A stretch of 64,000 nt of DNA from Candidatus Micrarchaeota archaeon (GTDB taxonomy: Archaea; Micrarchaeota; Micrarchaeia; Micrarchaeales; CABMGC01), in the NCBI GenBank assembly GCA_021804105.1, contig JAJZKP010000002.1:6899-70898 (forward strand), written 5' to 3'. Positions within the stretch are counted from its first letter, which is position 1, and the number at the start of each line of letters is the position of its first letter. Below are positions 16,362 through 25,683 of this stretch, piece by piece. A program made the translations under genes and the position numbers. The notes beneath the pieces are model-generated. The model had not been told where the DNA came from, searched no databases, and worked only from the letters and a program-made list of their open reading frames with translations.

Positions 16362-18905
16362 ATGAAAGAAGAAAAATACGAGACCCTCGGCCTCAATGTA
16401 CTGCCTGTAAACTACAATATAAGACTTGATACAAACCTAAAGACATTCCGGTTCAGAGGAAGCGAGAAAGTTAAGGTTATGATAAAGGCATCCACCCGGA
16501 AGATACTGCTCAATGCGTTTGAGCTTCAGATACTGCATGCGAGTGTCAGGTCCGGGGAAAGCGTACAGAAGGCGAAGATAACGTATAACAAAAGGAAAAA
16601 GCAGGTTGCCCTGAACATAGGCAACCCCGTTTCCGGAGACGTTGTGCTGGATATAGAGTTCACAGGCATAAACAACGACAAACTTTACGGCTTCTACCGA
16701 AGCCAATACGACGACAAGGGGAAAAGAAAATATATACTTACCTCCCAATTCGAGGCCGCATACGCTAGGGCTGCATTTCCCTGCTTTGATGAGCCGTCTT
16801 TCAAGGCCACATTCGACATCTCAATGGTAATTGATAAAGATCTTGAGGCCATCTCCAATATGCCTGTAAAGTCCATTTCGCCATACGGGAAAGGCAGAAA
16901 ACTGGTCAGTTTCAGAACAACTCCAATAATGTCCTCATATCTGCTCTATCTCGGCGTAGGCAAATACGACAGGGTTAGCGGCATGCTGGGCAGCGTCAAG
17001 GTCAGCGTACTCACAACCCCTGGGAAGAAGGCTTTGGCAAGGCTCCCTCTAGAATACGGGAAGAAATTCCTCAAATACTATAACGATTATTTCGGGATAA
17101 GGTACCCGCTACCAAAGATGGACCTGCTTGCTATACCCGATTTCAGTGCAGGCGCAATGGAGAATTGGGGTGCCGTGACATTCAGGGAAATAGCGCTTCT
17201 TGGAGATGAAAAGAGCGCTGTTGCAATAAAGCAGAGGATAGCCGAAGTGATAGCGCATGAACTTGCGCACCAATGGTTCGGGGACCTTGTCACAATGAAA
17301 TGGTGGAACGATCTCTGGCTTAACGAGAGCTTTGCCACTTTCATGAGCTACAAGGCCATGGATGCGGTATTCCCTGAGTGGGACATGAAGACCCAGTACT
17401 TCGATGATACCATAGCTACTGCCTTCTCCGCTGATTCCGTCAGGTCTACCCATCCCATAAGCGTTCACATAAGTACCCCCGAGGACATAGAGAGCATATT
17501 CGATGAGATAAGCTATGAGAAAGGAGGCACTGTTCTGCACATGCTGGAGAACCTTGCAGGTCCGGAAATTTTCAGGAAGGGGCTCCACATACATCTTAAG
17601 AGGCACGCATACGGCAATGCAGCTAAATATGATCTGTGGAAAGCAATAGCCGAGGCATCGAAAGAATCGCAAGGCAGGTCCGACATAACCGAAGTGGCAA
17701 ACTACTGGATAGACGAGCCTGGGTATCCTATTCTGAGTGTCAATCAAAAAGGGGAATCCCTTGAACTGGAGCAAAAACGCTTCACGATCCTTGAGGAGAG
17801 GCTTCCGAAGAGACAGGTATGGCCCATACCAATCTATTACGTATCCGAGAATAAAAATAAGCCACAATTCATGATGCTGAACAAGGAGAAAGGTGCCATT
17901 GCCCTGCATGGATCTGTATGGGCAAAGCTCAACTACGGGCAACACTATCTGTACAGGGTCAGATATCCCCAAGCCATGCTTTCCGCCCTAGGCGAGCAGA
18001 TAAAACTAAAGCGTATAAAAGGAACTGACTCCTGGGGAATAGAGAACGACCTATTCGTCCTTGCCCGATCCGGAAGGATTACAATGAATGAGTATTTCGA
18101 CTTCCTGGAGAAATACTGCCTCGGCGATATAGATTACCCACTCAATATGGGCATATCCTCGCATTTGGGATGGTTTGACCTGATACTTGCAGGAAAGAAG
18201 GAGCACGAGAGGGTCAACGCACTGATGCTGGAATACTATGGCAGGATTGTTGACAGGCTCGGCTGGCAAAAGAGAAAGAGCGATGACAACATAACCGTAA
18301 TGCTGAGAAGCGCTGCCATCTCCTCTCTTGGGAAAGCAGGGCATAAACCTACCATAGAGAAGGCAATGCGCCTTTATGACAGTTTTATGCGCGGCAAGTC
18401 CATAGAACCTGACATCAAGAGCGCAGTAATAGGCATTGCAGCATGGACTGGCGATGAAAAGAGATACGATCAGATGGTAAGGCGCTATAAGGGCGAGAAA
18501 GCCCCTGACGACAAAAGGAGGTTCCTTCAGGCACTAGGGATGTTCCGTGACAGTGCACTCATAAACAGAAGCCTTAAGTTTTCATACACCAAGGACGTAA
18601 GGCTGCAGGACGCGTTCCTGCTTCCTGCCATGATCTCTGGCAACCCTGTCGGAATGGGGATGATCTGGGAATGGACAAAGGAAAACTGGAAATTCCTTCT
18701 CAAGAAACACGACGTAGGTACACACATGATGGACAGATTCGTCGAGAATCTCTCTTCTAGCTACACCACCAAGCGAAGAAAAGATATTGCCACATTTTTC
18801 AGCAGGAAGGGTAACGTTAGGGGAGACATAAGACTTACAATTCAGCAGACGCTTGAAAGAATTGACGCAAATATCAATTTTATGAAAAAGAACGGCATAG
18901 AATGA
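16362..18905 (+). CDS. M1-family zinc aminopeptidase (aminopeptidase N / tricorn-interacting factor F2/F3-like)
   Basis: GAMENWG exopeptidase motif and HELAHQWFGDLVTMKWWNDLWLNESFA (HExxH-18-E). GTG at 16356 or ATG at 16362. Confidence 0.94.
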   Translation: MKEEKYETLGLNVLPVNYNIRLDTNLKTFRFRGSEKVKVMIKASTRKILLNAFELQILHASVRSGESVQKAKITYNKRKKQVALNIGNPVSGDVVLDIEFTGINNDKLYGFYRSQYDDKGKRKYILTSQFEAAYARAAFPCFDEPSFKATFDISMVIDKDLEAISNMPVKSISPYGKGRKLVSFRTTPIMSSYLLYLGVGKYDRVSGMLGSVKVSVLTTPGKKALARLPLEYGKKFLKYYNDYFGIRYPLPKMDLLAIPDFSAGAMENWGAVTFREIALLGDEKSAVAIKQRIAEVIAHELAHQWFGDLVTMKWWNDLWLNESFATFMSYKAMDAVFPEWDMKTQYFDDTIATAFSADSVRSTHPISVHISTPEDIESIFDEISYEKGGTVLHMLENLAGPEIFRKGLHIHLKRHAYGNAAKYDLWKAIAEASKESQGRSDITEVANYWIDEPGYPILSVNQKGESLELEQKRFTILEERLPKRQVWPIPIYYVSENKNKPQFMMLNKEKGAIALHGSVWAKLNYGQHYLYRVRYPQAMLSALGEQIKLKRIKGTDSWGIENDLFVLARSGRITMNEYFDFLEKYCLGDIDYPLNMGISSHLGWFDLILAGKKEHERVNALMLEYYGRIVDRLGWQKRKSDDNITVMLRSAAISSLGKAGHKPTIEKAMRLYDSFMRGKSIEPDIKSAVIGIAAWTGDEKRYDQMVRRYKGEKAPDDKRRFLQALGMFRDSALINRSLKFSYTKDVRLQDAFLLPAMISGNPVGMGMIWEWTKENWKFLLKKHDVGTHMMDRFVENLSSSYTTKRRKDIATFFSRKGNVRGDIRLTIQQTLERIDANINFMKKNGIE

Positions 18906-18910
18906 GTCTG

Positions 18911-20470
18911 TCAGAATACGCCTGGATCCATCTCTTTCCCGAATAGCGCATCAATCCTGAATACCCTGATCCTATCGCCCTGACGCAGGTTTATCTCGTA
19001 AAAAGGGATGTATGCTTTCCGCACCGATGCTACCTCTGCAAGTGGAAATGCCATTCTGATGGCGTCAGATATCTCTTTCTGCTGTAGATGTTCCCCAACA
19101 ATGTCTCCGCTATCAATAGCCCTATCTACAAGCTCCGGCTTTCTGTGCAACAGCAGGCGCCTCCTGTCAGGAACCCTTATCATGTTACCTTTTATCGAAA
19201 TAATATTGTAGTCTTCAAGCCTGTCTATAGCCTTGAATGCTGCTGCCTCTGAGATCCCATTCTTCCTGGCAACATCCTCTATATCCGATGTCTTCCTGCC
19301 GCTTATAGCTGCAAGTAACCTCCTCTCCGTACCGCTCAACCGTGCTTTCCTATTCGCCATCGACTCCCCGCGCCTTATCCCATCAGCCAAGGCAAGTATA
19401 TTGAGTTTCCCGTCAATTATGGCATAGCGCTCTTCGAACTCGTTTCTTCTTCCTGTAGGTATTCTCAGCATGGCTATGCATATCGGAATGAACTTCTCGG
19501 TTATGCTCTCCAGTGCTTCCACTCTGCCCCCGAAAACAAGGAACCTTCTCTTCAGTATCCTTTCCGCATATCTGCGTGCGAATTCTTCTCCCACAGCCTC
19601 CTTAATGATCTGCTGCATGGCACCGGCATCTGTATCGGCCTTTCCTGCAGTCGAACGGCCTTCCGGAGCACGGCCCATATCTCTTATCAATGCGCCTACA
19701 TTGACTTTCCCATGCACTCTTTGTTTCAGTTGCGGCGTTGCGCCTCCGTGTTTTACGCCCCTCTCCTTGACCTTGAACCTCAGGTTTCCTCCAAGCCCGA
19801 AACTTATGAATTCACCAGTCTTCAGCGATGGCAGCATCGCAAGCACCTTCTTGTCGTCAAAAAGGACGTTTACAGATCTGATGTCATTCTCTATAGTCAG
19901 CTTGCCCACAAATCCGTATGAGCATTGTGCAAGTACGTTCTTGTTTATATTAGCAGGCCTTTGCGTGGCAACTAAAAGACCTATCCCGCGTTTCCTACCC
20001 CTAACGCTTATCTCTTCTACCTTAGTGAACTCCTTGTGCATAACCTGCGGTGCAAACTTGTCTGCTTCCTCAATTATGACAAGGTATGGGGATCTTGCCT
20101 TCTCCCCAAGCGCATAGAGCGCCGAGAGCATGGACTCAACACGCCCTGCCTTGTCAAGCTCCTCAGAGACGTCGAATATTACCGGCACTCCGGCTTCCAT
20201 GCTCTTCTCGAACAACCTCCCATAATCGGCATCCAGCTGCAGGTCAGCGCCTGCTCCGCCTACCCATATCACGTCAAACGCGTTCTTCAGCGAATAATAC
20301 TCTCCCTCTGTGTCAATAATCACATAAGGCAGCCCGTTCTTAGAAAGTTCCTCTGCAATGACTCCAACCAGGTACGATTTTCCGGATCCGCTCTGGCCTA
20401 TCACGCAACACCTTCCGGTAAGAAGCGCCTGCGCATCAATCCCAACTCCGCCTCCCACATCTATTTCCAT
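18911..20470 (-). CDS. HerA/FtsK-superfamily P-loop ATPase (DUF87-like) fused to a C-terminal wHTH region
   Basis: Walker A VIGQSGSGKSY, Walker B LVIIEEADKFAP, VATQRPANINKNVLAQC. No N-terminal HAS barrel (P-loop at residue about 25). wHTH-like RLLAAISGRKTSDIEDVARKNGISEAAAFKAIDRLEDYNIISIKG. Confidence 0.85.
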   Translation of the reverse strand: MEIDVGGGVGIDAQALLTGRCCVIGQSGSGKSYLVGVIAEELSKNGLPYVIIDTEGEYYSLKNAFDVIWVGGAGADLQLDADYGRLFEKSMEAGVPVIFDVSEELDKAGRVESMLSALYALGEKARSPYLVIIEEADKFAPQVMHKEFTKVEEISVRGRKRGIGLLVATQRPANINKNVLAQCSYGFVGKLTIENDIRSVNVLFDDKKVLAMLPSLKTGEFISFGLGGNLRFKVKERGVKHGGATPQLKQRVHGKVNVGALIRDMGRAPEGRSTAGKADTDAGAMQQIIKEAVGEEFARRYAERILKRRFLVFGGRVEALESITEKFIPICIAMLRIPTGRRNEFEERYAIIDGKLNILALADGIRRGESMANRKARLSGTERRLLAAISGRKTSDIEDVARKNGISEAAAFKAIDRLEDYNIISIKGNMIRVPDRRRLLLHRKPELVDRAIDSGDIVGEHLQQKEISDAIRMAFPLAEVASVRKAYIPFYEINLRQGDRIRVFRIDALFGKEMDPGVF

Positions 20471-20493
20471 CAGAAAGCATTACTTGAAATATC

Positions 20494-20501
20494 TATAAAA
20501 A
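20494..20501 (-). promoter_or_regulatory. TATA box (minus-strand TTTTTATA) for the HerA-like gene, leaderless spacing
   Basis: Centre is about 27 nt upstream of the ATG at 20470. Confidence 0.5.
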
Positions 20502-20517
20502 GGAGCGATATTACAGA

Positions 20518-20525
20518 TATATAAA
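20518..20525 (+). promoter_or_regulatory. TATA box TATATAAA for the membrane protein gene at 20548, leaderless spacing
   Basis: Centre is about 26-27 nt upstream of the ATG at 20548. Back-to-back with the TATA at 20494-20501 in a 77-nt divergent intergenic region. Confidence 0.5.
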
Positions 20526-20547
20526 AGCACGTTGCCATTCGTATAGC

Positions 20548-21078
20548 ATGGCCGACGTTGATGTGAAGAACTCCGACACTGCAACAGATGCATCAAAAAG
20601 CAATAACAACGATATCCAGATGCCTACGCCCCTGATAGCCATAAAGATACCTCCCAAATACAGGGTGATAGCCGCTCTCGTGTCGTGCATGGTTTCCTTG
20701 GAGTTCTTCGCCATACTGCTTCTTGTCTATACAAACTTCTTCTATTCTAGCTCGCTGGTAGGCAATCTGGTATACCTTATAATCTTTGTGCCAGTCCTTA
20801 TATCTTTCGTGCTATTTTACGGCAGCCTGACAGAAGCTTTCAAGGAGCGCCTGGAAGCAAATGAACCTATGAACAGCCTGATGATGGAAGCAGCATTCGC
20901 AGTGATAAGCGGGTTCGGGGCCCTCATACTCTACTACATGGTAATCTGGCTGTTTTCAAAGAGTGAGCATACCAATCCGCGCAAGATAGGCCGGTTCGAA
21001 AAGATTTTCGGCGCTGCAATGTCCTTGGTAATATTCTACGCAGTGATGGAGATAACCTTCGTGCTTCATGTCTTCTGA
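20548..21078 (+). CDS. Hypothetical integral membrane protein (about 4 TM)
   Basis: Hydrophobic segments VIAALVSCMVSLEFFAILLLVY, LVYLIIFVPVLISFVLFY, AAFAVISGFGALILYYMVIWLF, AAMSLVIFYAVMEITFVL. No recognised family. Confidence 0.6.
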   Translation: MADVDVKNSDTATDASKSNNNDIQMPTPLIAIKIPPKYRVIAALVSCMVSLEFFAILLLVYTNFFYSSSLVGNLVYLIIFVPVLISFVLFYGSLTEAFKERLEANEPMNSLMMEAAFAVISGFGALILYYMVIWLFSKSEHTNPRKIGRFEKIFGAAMSLVIFYAVMEITFVLHVF

Positions 21079-22206
21079 TCATTCCTGGTTTATCCTTGAG
21101 AATATTTTTCCGTATACCTTTAGCACCTTGGATATCCTGAAGGAGTCAAGATTCTCTTTCTTCCTTATTAATGCTGGCTTCTTCCCCGATCTCACCAGGT
21201 CTGCGATCATATCTGGAAGCTTCTCTTCATCAGCCACAACGCACATACTTCTGACCTCTTCCGGAATAGGAGAATAATCCGGCAGGAAGACCGGTGTCCC
21301 AAGCGCGATGCTTTCTATAGCCACCGTTCCTAATCCTTCCCTCTCCGACATGATGAGAAAAGCTGTGGAGTTTATAATCTCCTTATACAGCTCGCGCTTG
21401 GTGCCGAAGAAGTCCCTCACGGTAACTATTCCGGAGAGCCCCATCTTGTTTATTTCCTTGATTATATTCCCTTTCTCTGGCCCGTTTCCTATTATCACCG
21501 CCTTTATCCTCACCAGTTCGTTAACCTCCTTCACAACCTTGAGCCACTTGTCCATCCTCTTCTCTTTGATCAACCTGCCTGAGAAGATAATGGTCCTTGA
21601 ATTGCTCTCCCTAGAATGTTTCATGCTTGCAATAAGACGGTCATCAAGCAAGGGAGTGAAGACAGTCACTTTGTCCCTCGGTATTCCGGAACGGAAAAGC
21701 CCCTCTGCGGTAATCGTGGAATTCGCAATATAGTGCGATGCCCCCTTCATTGTAGCAGAATAGCATGCATATCCGATCCTGCCAAGGAATCCGCCCAGAT
21801 AAGATTTCCAATAATTCCTATCCCATACTTCCACCACTTCAAGAATCAGCTTGCGCCGCTTAAGCCAGCAGTAGAGGTAGAGCATAGGCAGGTGCAGGAC
21901 AGGGAACTGGTTGGATACTACTACATCGAAGTCATAGTCAAATAGTCTGAAAAGTCCCAAAGAGAAGGAGAGCGCTTCAAGAATCGATCTCCTGCCATGT
22001 GCATAGAGCCTGTTCTTGTCCATCCTGTGGAAGGTGTGATAACGTATGCCATTCCTGGAGAAATCACTGCACATGCCTGGCCATCGAAGCGTGAAGAAGT
22101 CTACATCATGGCGCTTCTTGAGTTCTGAAGCTTCATTGTAGTTGATTACTTCTATACCTCCAACATGCCATGGGTATGCCACGTCAGATACAAAGGCTAT
22201 CTTCAT
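21079..22206 (-). CDS. Glycosyltransferase, GT4 family (GT-B fold)
   Basis: N-terminal MKIAFVSDVAYPWHVGG and the C-terminal E-x7-E region SEREGLGTVAIESIALGTPVF. Confidence 0.88.
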   Translation of the reverse strand: MKIAFVSDVAYPWHVGGIEVINYNEASELKKRHDVDFFTLRWPGMCSDFSRNGIRYHTFHRMDKNRLYAHGRRSILEALSFSLGLFRLFDYDFDVVVSNQFPVLHLPMLYLYCWLKRRKLILEVVEVWDRNYWKSYLGGFLGRIGYACYSATMKGASHYIANSTITAEGLFRSGIPRDKVTVFTPLLDDRLIASMKHSRESNSRTIIFSGRLIKEKRMDKWLKVVKEVNELVRIKAVIIGNGPEKGNIIKEINKMGLSGIVTVRDFFGTKRELYKEIINSTAFLIMSEREGLGTVAIESIALGTPVFLPDYSPIPEEVRSMCVVADEEKLPDMIADLVRSGKKPALIRKKENLDSFRISKVLKVYGKIFSRINQE

Positions 22207-22247
22207 TGAAGCTCACTTGCAGATAGTACCTAACCAAAGTATATGAA

Positions 22248-23975
22248 TTATGTGGTATAATTGAGGATGCGGTAAAGCCCTAGAGATGTGCCAGTGCTGT
22301 TATTCGTCTTCGCCAGCGGTACAATGCTGTAGTCATGCAGCATGGTAGTGCACGTGGTGCCGGCGTATGGGGGCACCTGGCACCAGTATCCATAATCTAT
22401 TACGAAACAGGAGTATCCTTTTGTGAAATTGACAAATGTGGCATTGCTGCTGCCTAGGTACCCTATCTGCGCGGAGCTCCTTCCCAATGTGTACCATAAG
22501 TCAGGGGTGAAGCTGAAGACCAGGCAACTTGCAGGTACCTCTGTATAGTTGCCGTATATGAAGCCGACAGCCTGCAGTATCTTCCCCTGCTGTGGCATCT
22601 GCTGCGGCTTTATTGTGAAATAGGGCTCCAGCGCAACAAACGGATATGCAGCCAGTGCAACAAAGAGAACGCCCATGAAAAGATACGAGAGATAAATCGT
22701 CATATCATTCCTGAATACCCTGCGCAGCACCACGACAACCAGAGCGGCCAGCTCCGCCACTCCCAGCCCTGCAAGGATGGCAAGCGGGGCCAGTATCTGC
22801 AGCATGAACCTTACATCAACCCCGTACAAAGCCGATCCGGCATAGAAGAAATCATAGAATAGGTAATATGCAATGATCCAGAGCCCTAGCAGCAGAAGCA
22901 CAGCAAACCTGTCCTTCCGCGCCTTCCCTAAAATTGCGAAAAGAACAACCCCAAGCGCCGCAGCAAGGGTTATCTCGAATGGGAAGACAACAGGATAGTA
23001 ATACGTGTAGTTGAGCATGCCAAGAAGGAACTTCAGGTTAGGGTAAAAATTTGAATTGAAATTGCTGAATGAAAATAACGCGCTCCCGCTTCCCTGCCCG
23101 TAGCTGCCTGTTTTCGCCTGCAAGATTATGTAGAAGAGCTGCGGGAGGAGCAATATTATCAACAATGCAATTAGCAATAAGAACCGCATGTTGTTCGCGT
23201 CCTTCAAGAACTCCGCTGCCCTCCTCCTTGCGTTTGACGCTATTCCTTTATCCCCAAACAGGAAATACATCAACAGGAGTATCGGCACTATCATGAAAGC
23301 CTCTATCCTTGTATATACGGTCAGCGTAACGGAGAACATTGCCATTGCAAGTGTTATGCGGTTCCTCCTCCTGACATACACCACGAAGAAGAAGAACGCG
23401 AATACTGTAAGCATCATGAATGGCAGGTCTGCAACCGCCTGCGTTCTAGACCATACGAAAAGCTGCGGATTAAGTGCCATGAACGCTGCAGCAAGCACCG
23501 GCACATCCTTCCTTCTGAAAAGCACCGCGGAAAGGAGAAATACTCCTATAATAGAGAGTGCTCCGACCAGCAGCTGCAAATTGTATGCAGTTTGCGTGCC
23601 CACTCCGAATATGGCAAATGCCATGGCGATGAATAATGACCAGCCTACTGGATCATGATAAATTACACTATACGGGCATCCACTGGCCAGGTAGGCAGTT
23701 CCATACTGGCACCAAACTGCATTGCCGTTGTGGAGTATGTTGAGCGCAATTCCTTGATATATGTTTTCATCGAAGTAGAGCTGCTCGACCGGACTCACGA
23801 ACAAGATCGAGAAAATCACGAAGAATGCAACCAGCGCAGCAAGTGCGAGTACCGAATAGATATTAACATAGGGAGCAAGTGCCTTTCGCAGGTCCCCCCT
23901 TCCCAGGAAGATCGCGGCTATGAGGCCCGTGAAGGCCAGCGCTACTATTGCTGTTACTATATAGCCGAATATCAA
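22248..23975 (-). CDS. GT-C fold glycosyltransferase (ArnT/PMT-like, GT39/GT83-type)
   Basis: 575 aa with 12 or more TM segments. First-loop acidic motif YFDENIYQGIALN. TTG start overlaps the stop of the upstream gene (TTGA). Confidence 0.8.
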   Translation of the reverse strand: MIFGYIVTAIVALAFTGLIAAIFLGRGDLRKALAPYVNIYSVLALAALVAFFVIFSILFVSPVEQLYFDENIYQGIALNILHNGNAVWCQYGTAYLASGCPYSVIYHDPVGWSLFIAMAFAIFGVGTQTAYNLQLLVGALSIIGVFLLSAVLFRRKDVPVLAAAFMALNPQLFVWSRTQAVADLPFMMLTVFAFFFFVVYVRRRNRITLAMAMFSVTLTVYTRIEAFMIVPILLLMYFLFGDKGIASNARRRAAEFLKDANNMRFLLLIALLIILLLPQLFYIILQAKTGSYGQGSGSALFSFSNFNSNFYPNLKFLLGMLNYTYYYPVVFPFEITLAAALGVVLFAILGKARKDRFAVLLLLGLWIIAYYLFYDFFYAGSALYGVDVRFMLQILAPLAILAGLGVAELAALVVVVLRRVFRNDMTIYLSYLFMGVLFVALAAYPFVALEPYFTIKPQQMPQQGKILQAVGFIYGNYTEVPASCLVFSFTPDLWYTLGRSSAQIGYLGSSNATFVNFTKGYSCFVIDYGYWCQVPPYAGTTCTTMLHDYSIVPLAKTNNSTGTSLGLYRILNYTT

Positions 23976-25675
23976 TCAAGCACCTTGTACTGCACGAAGT
24001 AATTGCCTATAAACATGTTCTTTGTCCTTGTCTTCTTCATGGTGTAAACTGCGTCCTCCGGGGTTGCCACGATTGGCATGCCGTGTATATTGAAGCTTGT
24101 ATTCAATACAATACCCCGTCCTGTTCTTTTCCTGACGCTCTCAAGAAGCGATCTGTACTCCGGGTTCTCATCCCCGAGGGTCTGTGGCCTTGCCGTCATG
24201 TCTACATGCATAACCGACTTCATCTGCTCTCTCGCCTCATCCCTCACTTCATATGCCATGGTCATGAATCTACTTGCATTGCCCTTGCTGAAATAGAGCA
24301 TTCTGCTGGCATCTTCCTGGAGAACTGACGGTGCAAAGGGCTGATACCATTCCCTTTGCTTGACATAAAGGTTAAGCTGGTCTTTGACTCTTTCGGAGTC
24401 AGCTCTTGCGATTATGCTCCTGTCTCCTAGAGCCCTGGGCCCGTACTCCATGCGGCCCTGGAACCAGAAGACGTAATTATCTCTTTCTAACAGCTCAGCA
24501 GCAAGCTTCCCAGGATCCCGCACTCTCTCATAGCTTAGCGACCTGTCCGATTTCAGCATGCGTGTAATGTGATCTTCATCATAGGAATCGCCAAGGTATG
24601 CGTTTCCGAAGGCATATGAGGAAGTCCCGTTTATCATGTAGTTAGTGTGCATCGCTGCCCCAAGAGCTATGCCCCCATCTCCCATGTGCGGGAATATATA
24701 CCATTCCTTGAGCGCGCTAAGCTTTCTTACAGCCATGTTTGCTTTCACGTTGGACATGACTCCACCTGCCATGGCCACAGATCCGATTCCATAATCCTCT
24801 ATCGCATTGCCGAAGAACGATGCAAGGACGTTTTCAAGGAGCTGTTGCGCCATATATGCAAATTGCTCCCTGGGCATCCCCCAGGCAATATTCTTCAGCA
24901 TCTTATATTGCATTGCAGGCCCATACGTGGCAATGATCTCGGTCCCATCGACCTTGAAGAAGTGCCTAAGCCTATTCTCGGAGAACTTGAATGGGAATGA
25001 GTAGTCTGCCATTGCCATGACCTTTCCCTCGTCCTCCAGCTCCCGCATGCCTACTATGTTTGTGACCTGCTCGAAGAAGATGCCTATGGAGTTCCTTACG
25101 CTTATGTCTTGCTCGCGCCTGAGCTCCCCCCTGGCAAAAGTGCTTATCGATCCGCTCAGCCCGTCGCCCACCCCGTCAAGCGTGACTACCATGGCCTTCT
25201 TCATGCCCGAGGTAAATGCAGCAGTAGCGGCGTGCGCAGTGTGGTGGTCTACAGAATGCAATTCATAGTCCTTGAAGCCCATGCCGTCAAGCGTGCTGCG
25301 TATCACCGACCTGCTTATGTAGCCGCATAACGGCAGCGGCCCTATTGATGTCATGGCGTACTTTGTGTAATGCATGAGGTCTTCCGCAACTGGCCTAGGC
25401 ATCTTTCTCCTCCTGAACTGGTAATACGATTCCTTCTGCCAGGGGAAGATTCTGGATAGGGTCTTGGTCAATTCTGTTGTAGGAAACGAGACAACATCTA
25501 TATCAGAAGGCCTGAGCCCCGCATACCCGAGTGCTGCCCGTATTGAGTGATACGGAAATGCGACCTCGAGCTTCCTTTTAGTGTAGCGCTCCTCATTCGC
25601 GGCGAAGATTATCCTCTTCTCATCTAGCAGTGCTGCCCCTGAGTCGTGCCCATCCCATATTCCAAGTATGTACAT
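23972..25675 (-). CDS. Carbamoyltransferase (NodU/CmcH family)
   Basis: MYILGIWDGHDSGAALL ASKHA-type N-terminus, HHTAHAATAAF, and C-terminal LNTSFNIHGMPIV. Confidence 0.9.
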   Translation of the reverse strand: MYILGIWDGHDSGAALLDEKRIIFAANEERYTKRKLEVAFPYHSIRAALGYAGLRPSDIDVVSFPTTELTKTLSRIFPWQKESYYQFRRRKMPRPVAEDLMHYTKYAMTSIGPLPLCGYISRSVIRSTLDGMGFKDYELHSVDHHTAHAATAAFTSGMKKAMVVTLDGVGDGLSGSISTFARGELRREQDISVRNSIGIFFEQVTNIVGMRELEDEGKVMAMADYSFPFKFSENRLRHFFKVDGTEIIATYGPAMQYKMLKNIAWGMPREQFAYMAQQLLENVLASFFGNAIEDYGIGSVAMAGGVMSNVKANMAVRKLSALKEWYIFPHMGDGGIALGAAMHTNYMINGTSSYAFGNAYLGDSYDEDHITRMLKSDRSLSYERVRDPGKLAAELLERDNYVFWFQGRMEYGPRALGDRSIIARADSERVKDQLNLYVKQREWYQPFAPSVLQEDASRMLYFSKGNASRFMTMAYEVRDEAREQMKSVMHVDMTARPQTLGDENPEYRSLLESVRKRTGRGIVLNTSFNIHGMPIVATPEDAVYTMKKTRTKNMFIGNYFVQYKVLD

Positions 25676-25683
25676 CGAAACAC

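Noticed and set aside
17109-17972. 287-aa ORF antisense to the M1 aminopeptidase gene
   Set aside because: Lies entirely within a gene with unmistakable motifs on the other strand. Composition is rich in Cys, His, Pro and Leu and looks like a shadow ORF.
19470-20117. 215-aa ORF antisense to the HerA-like ATPase gene
   Set aside because: Shadow frame of a well-supported gene. Ser/Leu/Pro-rich low-information translation.
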